Source of the DNA: Marsupella aquatica
Taxonomy: Eukaryota > Plantae > Marchantiophyta
Assembly (NCBI GenBank): GCA_973895155.1
Contig: OZ316896.1
Span: 10,241,525-10,305,524, forward strand
Direction of reading: 5' to 3'
Length of the DNA stretch: 64,000 nucleotides
Shown here: positions 27,331-38,696 of the stretch, piece by piece
Layout: each line of letters starts with the position of its first letter
How positions within the stretch are numbered: position 1 is the stretch's first letter
The notes under the pieces: model-generated
What the model was told of the DNA's origin: nothing
The model's database searches: none
What the model saw: the letters and a program-made list of their open reading frames with translations, nothing else
Translations under genes and position numbers: made by a program

Positions 27331-28055
27331 GCCAGATTAGAGCTCGTCAACAACAGTCGATCGTCCTATTTAATCTCGACTGCGCAGTAAAACACAGGAG
27401 CTAGCTAGAAGCAGATCGACGTCCAATGATCGGGAAACATGAGCACAGACTGAAAAAACGAGAGCTGCGACTGAACATACGCGCTCGAACACAAGAGAGA
27501 TACCAATTCACGTACAATCTATACCATCAATAGCAGAAATGAAGACTGTGAGAAAGGGGCACTCCATTTAACAACACAACAAAGCGACAGCAGTCCAGAC
27601 GTGATGCAATGCAAACGAGGTGGCGCGGCTTCCGATACACAAAGGGCTGGCCGCGTACGTCCCGCGCGCTTGTCACACTGCACAGCCCGTTAGGCGCTGG
27701 CTCGTAGATTGAATAGATTCTTCGCTGTCTTTGCTGTTCTTGTTGATCACACTTGAATGTGACCACGCATATCTGTAAGTAATGCATGTCCTGTCTGACA
27801 TGTAAACATCGACCCTGACTAGTCCCAACAAGATTTTACTGTCGCTGGTCCAAAGGTAGGGAATCAGCCGGAGGATGAGAAGAGTACAGGAAAACAAGCC
27901 ATGGAAATTGGTTGGAGACCGAAGCACACGAGGCAGTGCCTACTTCACTCTTGAATTTCCTGATCTGATCACCGACCTAGTCACCAGGCACCCATCACGC
28001 CTGCATGAGAGAGTTGTAATCAGCCGGGTAATCAGAATGTCGTCATACTCGTTGC

Positions 28056-28329
28056 TGTTAGAAATCCATGAGCCCAAGAATGTGGAAATGCGATGTGTAT
28101 ATCATTGAGTAGTGAGGGGTTTTATACATGGAGGGCATCCCTTAGATGCCAGGTCAAGTCAAACCAGAATATTGTGTATTCTCTCATGCTACACATTCCT
28201 TCACATGTGCCTATAACATAGTTCACCTCATGGTCTAATTTAAGTCACTAATTTAGGACGGTGGCCCACAACTAAGGACAGTGGCCTACCACTTAGGACG
28301 GTGGCCTACCAATTAAACTTTTTCTAATA
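28056..28329 (-). repeat. copia-2 3' LTR
   Basis: tgttagaaatccatgagccc...ttctaata; contains three taggacggtggcc-like units; matches the 44301-44882 LTR once the MITE is removed. Confidence 0.93.
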
Positions 28330-28357
28330 CTCCTACTTTAGTGACTAAATTAGAACC

Positions 28358-29302
28358 CTAATAAAGCCCTAGCATTTTTCTCAAATAAATGTGTTTGTCT
28401 TTTGGAAGTCCTTTGGTGAGAATGTCCGTTGCCATTTCCTCGGTGGGACAATAGATTACTTCTATTTCACCACTATCAACTAGTTCCCTACTAAAGTGAT
28501 ATTGAATATCGATGTGCTTGCTCCTATCATGAAGCCGAGACGCTTCAAGTAAGCTAAGAGCACTTTGATTATCACAATGAATGACGGCTCTTGCTTGCTG
28601 ATGATGCAAGTCTCCAAGAAGTCTTTTCAACCATACTATCTCAGTGCATGCCTTTGATAAGGCCATGTACTCTGCTTTGGTGCTAGACCCTACAGATTTT
28701 TGCTTTTTGCTTGCCCAACTCACTACTGCACCTGAGAGCATGAAACAATAACCAATCAGAGGTTGATCTTCTTGTGTCAATATCTCCTCCCCAATCAGCA
28801 TCAGTATATCCATGTAAGGGAATAAAAGATTTTGATCTTTTATACACCAAACCCATACTTGATGTGCCCTTCAAGTACCGAAAAATTCGCTTCACAGCCA
28901 TCCAATGCTTTGGACCTGGATTGGACATGAATTGTGCCATTGATCTAACTGCATAGGATAAGTCGGGCCTTGTGCAGATCATAGCCCACATGAGGCTTCC
29001 AACTGCATTCTGGTATGGTCGGGGGTATGGTACACTCTCCATCTGTAACTTTTCATCTTCAGTTTGTGGGCTATCCTCCTTGCTTAGCTTTAAGCCCAAC
29101 TCAACTGGAGTATGCACTGCCTTGCAATTCTCCATGTTGAAAGTGCTTAATTTGTCCAAGATGTATCTCTCTTGAGACATCTTGAGCCAACCCTCTTCTC
29201 TGTTGTGGGAGATTTCCATACCAAGGCAATTATGTATATTGCCTAAGTCACTCATCTCGAATTCCTTCATGAGTGTCGTTTTGACTTCAGCTAATATGTT
29301 GG
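28358..29302 (-). pseudogene. copia-2 RT C-terminus and RNase H (frameshifted)
   Basis: FEMSDLG, YQNAVGSLMWAMICTRPDL, GYTDADWGGD, IHCDNQSA, RSKHIDIQYHF. Confidence 0.93.
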
Positions 29303-30918
29303 AACATGATGTCGGACCTATCGAGAAGGGTGACCACCCTTCTCGTTTTTCATGATCAATTTTTTTTCTAAGGCATGTAAAACCCGATACAAATTGTGCA
29401 TTCCAGAAAAATAGTCATCCATGATTAGGAGGAATGCAAAGATCGATACGGGTATCGACCTTTGCATTTGTAAATTCTTTGGTTATCAGGAATTTACAGA
29501 AATGGTGAAACTGTGCATAACCGCGCAGTAGGCTCTAACTATGGTTAAGTTTAACTAGGGTTAAGCTAGAAATTAACCATAGCTACCTCCAAAAGTATAA
29601 ATATGACTGCCCGCTCATGGAAAAAAGTTTCATTTTTTCAAGTCCTCTTTCACAATCAAGCTCTCACCCAACCCAAAGAAAACCTCCTCTCCATACAGAT
29701 GCGCATTCTGGTCTTAACAGTAAGCTTTCCACTTTCCAAAGCAAACTGTGAGACTCGTATCGTAATCAGCTTTGTAGAAAGCAACTTGCGATACTTGTAT
29801 CGTAAGTTGCATTCAAACCTAAGTTTCAAACCCTCAACAATACAGGTATCGCTTGGTGCATTGAGCCAACTCAATTAGTCTCATGGTGCAGGAGTGAAAA
29901 TACTTCAATCATGGTTTAGATTCTGTCTCTTGAAGATTGTAAAGCCGTTTGCTGCTCATCTCGCAGTTCTTCATATTATGTTGGGGCCCTTATTTTCTCT
30001 TGGGTAGCTGTTGGTCGGATCCGAAAGCCAATAGCGATACTTGTATCACTCTTTGGATTGAGTAGTGTAGATTTAGGACGGACTGCGCTGCAAAGATCAT
30101 TGGACTGGGTCACTCGTGACCTCTAAGGTGGACCTGACAAAACCCCACCTAAACAAACACAAATACTTTGTTCCGTTCGCTTACAAGCAAAAATGTGCCC
30201 AGCAAAAGTTGGGCTCGACAATCTTTTGAGTGCCCAAAGAGTGACGGCCTCGTGTCTATATCCTCTCCCATACAATGTTTCCCATTTTTTCTTGTCTTTG
30301 TGAGAGCTCGTGTGAGAGATTTTGGAAAGGAGCATTGTTTGGCTAGAGAGGAGACTGAGGAGGTGGAGTGGCCTGGCTGATTCAAAAAGAAATAGTTTTA
30401 CCCTGTAGGCAGCACCAGAACAAGTTCTAGAGGTGGCGCAAATGAAGACAGTGCGAACCATGGTTTGTACTGTGAAAAGGATTTGGTCTGCTTCTTGAGT
30501 CATTTCCCTTAGTTGGTTTTGCACAAATAGTTTTTGAGGCATTCCGTGTGGCTTGTGAAAGACATATGAGATAGTCGTATTGCTTGGAGTAGGAGTCTTT
30601 GTGTTTTGTCATCAAAAGAGGAATCGGCGGATGGATTGGAAAGTGTTGACCCAATCCGAAAGCAAATTGCGGTGCTTGTATCTCTCTTGGGATTGAGTCA
30701 TGTTGTTCTCAGAATTAAGCTGAATTCAGTAATCCCAGTTAAAACATCAGAAATTAACTAGAGACTCCATTAGAGCCTGCAATCTTGTATCTGTAGCCCG
30801 ATCGTGGATTCATGGATCCTCTTGGGGGTTTGTAAGGTGTTGGCTTGTTAAGAAAGCAAAGCTTGTTCTCTCGTTCTTCTCTCTCTGCTCAATGGCAACA
30901 TTCCCAAAGAGCGGAGGA

Positions 30919-31633
30919 AGACTTGCAAGTCCCTGGGCCCTAAGCGTTACTAATACAGGGAGGACGTGCGAACATCGCAAGGGTATTTTTAATGTAATGC
31001 AAACTAATTTTTATAATAGTTTTTAAAGTAGGCAACATCCTTGTATATATATTCAGCACAATATTAGTAATAAGGCTCTTATCAAATACATGTCACATTA
31101 ATCTTATGCAAGGGTACCCAAAATGCCAAGTACACGCGTCACTATATGGTTGGCACACATGTCATCACTTCACTTGCACACATGTTCATATAGTAAATCA
31201 GACATTTAATTATTTGTCGTCATAAGGCAAGTTTGGTTTCGTGGGCTTTAGGAACACTGAGAGGATAGTGCAGCCATGCTTGTCTGTATACTACAGGAAG
31301 AACTATAATTCTTTGGTACTAATTTTGTTTAACTATATAAAATATGTACCCTAAACAAAGGGCGTAACATACAAGTCCCCTATGCAAAATAAAGTCTTAT
31401 CTATTTCAGTATGATATTTGCAATTTTAAAAATTCAAGGATGTTTTCAATTCCTTGAAAAACTATATTATAATTTACAAAAGGATAAAATTTAATAGGAA
31501 AAGTTAATATTTTTACATTAACAAGGGGATTTTTTTTGTGAACAAAAATATTAAGAAGGGGTACATGGGGGGTGTCTGTTCTCAGGGGGGTTCACTTTAT
31601 ATAGTAAGAGTGAGGGCCCAGGGTTGCAAGTCT
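30919..31633. repeat. ~33-bp inverted repeat flanking an AT-rich spacer
   Basis: agacttgcaagtccctgggccctaagcgttacta (30919-30952) versus tagtaagagtgagggcccagggttgcaagtct (31602-31633). Confidence 0.75.
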
Positions 31634-32220
31634 GAAGGACTTAGAATTCATCGCTGTCAATTTGGCCATTCCCACAATAACAATCATGACATAGTACTTG
31701 CTCAAATTGATGCAGCCAAAGGGCGACGAAGGAGAGGACAGTGAGTTGATCGTAGTCACCACCGGCAGAGAAGGAGTTGCAGCTTGTCATGTCTGTCAAT
31801 CTATCTTTCCTTTTGTTCCAATTGTTTTGTAAGTTGCTCTTTTGCATCGCTGCGGGCATTGGCGATTCTTCTGCGATTTTGAGTTTTGAGAAGCAGATTA
31901 AGTGATCAAACTGATAGTTTACATTGATTGCCAGTATCGTCGGCCTTTCTTCATTTTTTGAGCTTCCTGAGCTTCAGATTTGACTCACCGGCACTACATG
32001 TCATTGTGCAGATGGACAACGATAGCCTTGACCCTTGCTGGATTAGAACCGCATGAGAATCAATAGCAGCTCCCAACAGACGCCCCTGCTCAAGGTTCCT
32101 AGACCCAGTAGAAAGCAACTTGGATGCCGTATTCAGAAGAAAGCAAAGCGCGATACTTGTATCGCTCGTGGGATTGATCAAGCAGTGTAGATCTCAAATT
32201 TGATCTGCCAAAGGAAAACA

Positions 32221-35200
32221 ATGGAAGGAAGTGCAAGGACAGGGTCTGCTGAGACCGAGAACCTCATGACAACTTTGTGTAATGTGATTTGGACGACAGA
32301 AGATATTTGTGATGAACAAAAGTTTGTGAGGAGACCTTGGTACTTTCGGGATACTCGAATGATGTCCAAGGAAGTAGCTGACTGGGAGACACCCGTTCTT
32401 TGGGTTCAAGACTTAGTGAAGAAAACAGAGAAGATTACACTCTCCTTTGGTCCAGTAATTGGGGTTGCCGCATGTGACTTTAAGAAGGGTCATGGGAAGG
32501 AAAATCTGTCGCTATTGGATTGAGCTTCCTCACAATGTGTGGAAGCAAGGGTTTTGTGGCCCTTGTCGTGGACATGGATTTGTATGATCTCTCAACATTA
32601 GACAAATTTCCCGAAGACCCTATTGTGAAGGAAGTCGCGAGTACAATTGAGATGGAGATCTTCAAGCCTGAGTGGGTTGCTAATGTTGTGGATGATTCGA
32701 GTCCTTTGATGCTGCCGTTTGTCCAAAAAGAGTATAAGAGACTCGTGGGTGAAGAGTTTAAACCCACACGAAGGATCAAAGTAAGGAAGCCAACCATTAG
32801 CAGGAGTGGCGCATCTTCAGTTGCAAAAGGAGTTGATTGTGCTAGTGGGAGCGGGGGACATGGGAAAGGGAATTCCCAAGTAGAAGCTACCATGAGAGTG
32901 ATTCTAGGTGAAGCACCTCAATCTGTAGAGGCAAGCCCAGGCGCTACTGCAAGTGTTGGTCGTGGTCGAGGTCGTGGTCGTGGAAGAGGTCGTGGAAGGG
33001 GAGTTGTGGATGAATTGGTACCTGTCGAGGCAGAGGTTCCATCGCCATCAACTTCACTTGCAAAGAAGAAGAGGACTGGTTGGATTGGAGGCATAGGAGT
33101 AGCTCTAGCTGCAGATTCAAGTGGTGCAATAAGCACTCCAGCTGTGTCAATGCATCAATCCAAAGAACGATTACCCCTTACCTCAGGTCCAACCTCAGCT
33201 GTCGTTAGCATTCCCCTGGTAAGTTTATTTGTCTAGAAAAAATGAATGTTGGGAGCGATACTTGTATCGCGCATTGCATTGAAATAATGAAAATGGTTTG
33301 CATTTTGAATTCTTCTTAAAATTCATTGCAAGCCATGTTATTTTTCAGGGAGATGAGGAAGAAGAGACGCCGTTGGCTTCATTTGAGACAGATGCCATCA
33401 AGGCTGAACTTGCAAAGCTCATGCTTGAACGCAGAGTCCAGAGGACCAGTGTGCTTCTGCATGTCAATAATCTCATTTTTGAAGATGAGGGTGAGAATTC
33501 AACTTTAGTTAGACCTGTAGATCGGCTACATGTAGAGAACATCAAAATGTTGCTCATGAAAAACCCTTCCAACTTCACGGCTCCATTTGTTGTTGTAGTT
33601 GATCCAACAGATTGTCCCACAATTCATGAGTGGGACATTACTAAATCTAGGGTATGGAAGTATCGAGTGATTGGCGGTAATCATGGAGCTCGTGCAAAGG
33701 CTGAACTTTTCAAAATGTATGGAAAGCAAGTGTACGGTGAGATTGAGGCATGGGTTTACTCTGGTCTAACGAGACATGAGATCAGGATGCTGGCTTTCCA
33801 GCATAACTACGACCAGGAGTACCATAAAACCATGACATCGATTGACAAAGTTCGTGCCTGTCACAATATTTTCATGGAAATGAATGTGGGGTCAACTAAA
33901 GAGGTGCGAGAAGCTTGTTGTAAGGAATGTATGCTTGATTACACTCCAGGTGTTCGTGACTCAATGGCCAAACATGACCCTACATTTCAGATTGCCTTTC
34001 GATCTGGGGAGATTTGGGAGCTCCAAGATAAAATTTTCTCTATGTGGCAAAAGTTTGAGATCCTTGGTCAAACAAAGCCAATCGTGGCCAAGCAGCCGTC
34101 AGCAACATCAAAAGGTAAATCAAAAGCTAAACCTAAACCGCTGAGTGCAAGTGAAATCAAAATGAACAAGCTCTCTGGGCATTTCAATTTGAGGGTCTTC
34201 AGAGCTCTCCAGGGGCTTTCCCGAGGGCTTTCCAATCAGGAGCATGTGAAGCGACTCCTAAACAGAGTAATTGGAAAGAAAATCACTCTAGAACAAATGT
34301 TCAAAGAAGGTGAGACACTTAAGAAGTTGGCAAAGGTAAAGAAATTGTTCCTGCAGATTTCTGGTCAAAAAGATTGGGCAACATGCCGGGAAATGTTTCC
34401 CCAGGAAACTGATGTGAAAGTCCTTTCAACTTGGTGCGAAAAGCTCACAGAAGCAGTAAGCACAATGTCCTTATGGCCTTTTGTTTTCAGTTATATATAT
34501 TCAAAGCAAACATTTGAGATATTGAATGCAGGTAGTGTTACTTGTATCACTGGTGGCATTCAAAATTTGTGTTTGGAAATCTTACAAAGAGTTTTGTTTA
34601 ATGTGCAGTTCAAAATCAGTTCAAAGAGGAAGAAAAAAGTCATTTCTGGAAATGAATTTGATGAGGTCGTGGAGGTCGAGATTCCTTCATGCGACATCCC
34701 CTACGTCTTCAAGAACTATGTTCTTGAAGCAATTGAAAAACACAATCAGAGACTGAATATCTCATCAATTGCTACTGCTTCATCTCAACATCAATGGAAG
34801 AATGCAAATGGAGACGCATTCTCATATTCTCTTCATGTTGGAGATATTCGGAAACTAGAAACCTTTCTAGAGCCAAAACATTTCACTTTGGCAATTGCAG
34901 ACATCCCGTACGGTTTCAATGCCCCTGGTTTTCAGTTTGACGAGGAACCTTTCACTGAACAGGATGTAAATGAGATGGTTACTAATTTTGCTAAAATCAC
35001 CACCTCTCCATTGTGGAGGTTTGTTGTGATCCATTCCTTGCAGCAGACAAATAGCGTTATGAGCGCACTTGAGAAGGTTTGCAATTGCGGAGTTGAGGCC
35101 GGTATATGGGAGAAGACAAACATCCATGAGCACCCTTCTGGGCCAAGGCTAGCTTGGGCCTTTGAGAACTGGTCAATTGGTTATTACAGTGAGGATGGAG

Positions 35201-35724
35201 TCCGAAAGAAGGAGATGTACAATTTTGCTCCTGATGAGTCCAAGGTGAACATTGTGAAAGTTCCCTGTGTTACTACAAAGTCTGTGAGTCCATTAGGGTT
35301 TATTGTAAACCCTTTTAAAAAACCAATTGCATTGGGTGATTGGTTTGTTAATCATTTCAGTGAGAAAGGGGACTGGGTGGCAGACCTTTGTTGTGGAACC
35401 GGGTCAACATTGGTGACTGCACTTCTCAACTCTCGGAATGGGTGTGCTGTTGAAAAAGGTGAGACTCAGGTAGAATTTTTGAGGAGTCGGATTATGACAT
35501 TGGAATCTGTTTGGACTCTATACGATGAAGCACAAGTGTCCGGTGAAGGTGGCCAGGGACAAGAAGTCCAGCCTCCGGTTGGTGGGCAGTTGGGAGTCAT
35601 TGGTACTAGCATTTATGTGGATACTGATGACCAGGAGGAGCCTGAAGAAAATGAGCCAAACATTGAAGAAAAGCTACCTAGAACACCGGACGACAGGGAA
35701 CTCAATGATATGTTGTTAGATTAG
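32221..35724 (+). CDS. ParB/Srx-like domain plus beta-class N6-adenine/N4-cytosine DNA methyltransferase fusion; spliced; probable frameshift near 32500
   Basis: ParB-like segment VRPVDRLHVENIK...PFVVVVD...YRVIGGNHGARAKAEL. MTase motifs HVGDIRKL...TLAIADIPYG (motif IV) precede KKPIAL...FSEKGDWVADLCCGTGSTLVTA...GCAVE (motif I), the beta order. A phase-0 GT-AG intron at 33219-33348 fuses ORFs 32520-33236 and 33298-35724; a second in-frame intron is likely at 34456-34608. The N-terminal part has (GR)n and KKKR. Confidence 0.85.
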
Positions 35725-35889
35725 ATGTGTGCAATAACACTATTGAGGATTTATCAAGGCTTTCTATTAATGATTGAGAACCTTGATAAACATATCTCTA
35801 TTTGAGGTTTGAAATGCAATTGGCGATACATGTATCGGATGTAGCATTCCCAACAACATTCCTACCTATCTGCACTTTTCCTACTCTAA

Positions 35890-38696
35890 CTAGTCACAGT
35901 CATCTGCATCAATGATTTCCGTGTCGAGCATTGCTGCTTGGATGATTCGCTTTGTTTGTACTGGAAGCGTGTTGTTTGAGAGTAGTGCAAAATTATATGC
36001 ATAAATTACAGTTTCTGAGAGGCACAATGTGTCCTCAAGTAATTTGTTAGAGGATGCAGCTTTTTCAGGGTAATATTGACCTTCCATAGCAGACCCTTCT
36101 CGAGAATCCATTGTATACCATACAATTTTGATGTTCTCTGGAACATCTTGTACTTTGGATAGAATATCTATGACTTTTGCCATCCAAAATGGTCTGCTGT
36201 TTGGATCCCTATATGCAGCCACGCAAATCATTGCATATTTAGTGTTCACTTCAAGATCTTTGAAGTCTCCCTCGACTGCTTTCTTCTTCCTTGTTCCAGA
36301 GTACATGACTGTTGTTGCACCTGCAATTTTATCTAGCAAGGTTGGCTCTATTTGTGGGGGAAGTGCATTTCTTGGAGTCTCTACTCCAATATTTGATTTT
36401 GGCCACGTCCAATCAAAAACCCATTGTCCTGCCTTCAAGTGGTGTTTAATCACTTCTTTCTGGTTGTCAAAGAAACGGAGCCACCAAAGTTTATCCTCAT
36501 CATCAAAATAATTGAATCCATCTTCAATTGATTTGCGATATTTCTCCAGGACTGCAACATGGTTGCAGAGAAGACGCTCGTCTCCATTGCCTCCGTCATC
36601 ATGTTCATCATTCTCCACTGTTGCTCCGGTTGTAGATTTCAATGCCATTTGTGCAGCAACCCACATGGTAGATGTGGGGATGTATCTAAGGAACTCCACT
36701 GCTTCTCCCCAACTTTGAGTGCTAGAAAGATGCTTTGCGTGAAACAAAGTCGAAGTTCCTCCATTCTCTCCTACAACCCTCTTCATCCTAAATTGCTTTT
36801 GACCACTAATACCATGTAGAGGACACAAAACATGCCCAATACCTCCCATGTCATTGGGTTGGTCTTTATCCGACACAAACTTCTTGAAATCAGCAACCTC
36901 TTCAACAAAAATTATCTCAGCCTTTGGATTGTACGAATCCTTGAGAATGTCTGCAAGACTATCCACCCGAAAAGCTTTTCGCTTATTTAATTTTAAGGAG
37001 AACTTGCTGAACATTTGGTCAATCTGATCATGGGTATGTCCAACCAAAAGAAAACCAACTTTGATCTTTTGGAAAACCCTCATCTCAACAAGCATATTCA
37101 AATATGCCATGAGAAATTTATTTTTATTTTCTCGAGGGGTATTATCAAGTTGTAGATACAACACTGGAGGGAGTGGACCTTCCCAACTATTTAAAATATG
37201 TTGGATCACATGCACTGTCAAGTTGGTGTCATTGTGAATGTTTGGATAATTCAAAAACACTTTTGATGTCAAATGTCCATTGAACACCAAACAACCCACC
37301 ACATGTACCGGAATAAAGTACTTCTCGTCCATGTTTTTGGGGCACCTAGTGAAATGTGGCAACTCAGTCTTTTTTTGATCCATACCATCAATGCAGATCC
37401 CCAAATATTTTTCTGGACTCTTATAGCACTTGCTTCGGTGCTTTGCTAATTTCTCCCTCTCAACTCCTTGTGCTTTCCGATGTTGGTTCAAAAGTGTTGA
37501 ATATTTTCCTGTCAAATGAACGTCAATGTTTTTGTCAATAATAACCGCATCACCAAACCAAACAAGTAAATAATGTAGTACTTAACATCAATCCTTTACT
37601 TATTTAAAGGTAGACACAACTTACGTTTTTCTGCTTCAAGTACTGCTTTGTCGCGAAGTGCTTTGAACTCTGTGCAAGGACCGCATGTGGAGAAGCGACT
37701 CTTTTTTGGAATACGCACCCTGGGGAACTCTTTGTTCCAGATGCGAACAAACCAAGAATATGTGATCTCGGTTTCCTTCCGCACCATAGTATCAGTCTTG
37801 AAAGCATCAAATACTTTAGCTTTCGTCCAATTGTCTGGTAAGTGGAAGATGTCCTTGTTTGGAAGACTTTCAACATTTGACATGAAAAACTCATTCAACC
37901 ATTGAACTAGTGAAAGATGAGTAACCGATTTTTCCTTGCAAAATGTGTCATTTTGAATACGAGAAAACGTATTCCTTGAGATTCTCTGCAGCCGATTATT
38001 TCCAACGGAAAATAATTTCTTGAAACCTTCTCGACAAAAAGATCTCCCGTCAACAATGTAACCGGTTGGACCACCGTGCCCACTTTTCAAACAGCCCCTT
38101 AGAAGTATGTTCTTCTCGGTCGATGATAAGCCATAATAGAAGGTCCGGTGTTTTGTCACTAAATCTAGACCAAAATATCTCAAACACAAATTATCACAAC
38201 ATGGGTACTTAAAAACTTCTTTCATTTTTTTTGTCTTTAAATTTTGATTTGTAACATTATCTTTCCTCACAAGCTTGTCTCTCACTTTCTTGCTAAGCTC
38301 CTTTTGTTTCTCCATACTGTGAAATCCATGGAGTGAATGTTCACTCTCTTGTCTCTCTGCAACTTCCAGAATAGAGCCATTAGTATCTTTTGAGCTACTA
38401 TCATCTGAAGATAGAGTGGGATTTCTCGGATCACTAAAGAGATGACTATAGCTACTCTCGCCCTCATTTGTTTCCAAATATTCTGATACAACTTGTGCAA
38501 TGGCTTGCGACTGTCTATTTTCCTCAACATCTTCCTCCTCACTTGACTCATCAGAAAACACTATTGGACTTCTTGGTTCTCTGTACATAATTCGGACTCC
38601 GCTAAAACTAGTGAGGCCTCGTCTAGCAACTTGAAGACATCTAATTGGCTGTCTAGAAACACTCCTAGTTGCAGAAGTGGGTCTGGTGGTCATCAA
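35890..38696 (-). CDS. DDD/E transposase, Sola1-like, two coding exons (about 900 aa); start uncertain
   Basis: A phase-1 GT-AG intron at 37624-37509 joins the 366-aa and 541-aa ORFs (AEK-R-KYSTLL). Cys clusters CCDNLC...FC and FSTCGPC; catalytic-type motifs ICIDGMDQ, YLQLDNTPRENKN and FLLVGHTHDQIDQMFS. It lies inside TIRs with a 4-bp TSD. Confidence 0.85.

Larger units (their letters stand above)
21410..28055 (+). repeat. Segmental duplication, copy A (continues at 44883-45735 and 48909-50170 after the insertions)
   Basis: Near-identical to about 54270-62830 over kilobases (e.g. 22021-22600 versus 54930-55520); differs mainly by TE insertions and small indels. Confidence 0.92.

Noticed and set aside
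31581-31596. ctcaggggggttcact resembling the MITE TIR at 44373
   Set aside because: Single short match with no partner TIR or TSD; probably chance.
33298-33348. ORF-track start MHFEFFLKF of the 808-aa ORF
   Set aside because: It is a TTG start within a pyrimidine-rich tract ending tttcag, best read as the 3' end of an intron.
33298-35724. MTase as bacterial contamination or a misassembled prophage
   Set aside because: It has frame-preserving GT-AG introns and sits inside TIRs with a TSD that precisely interrupts a plant copia RT.
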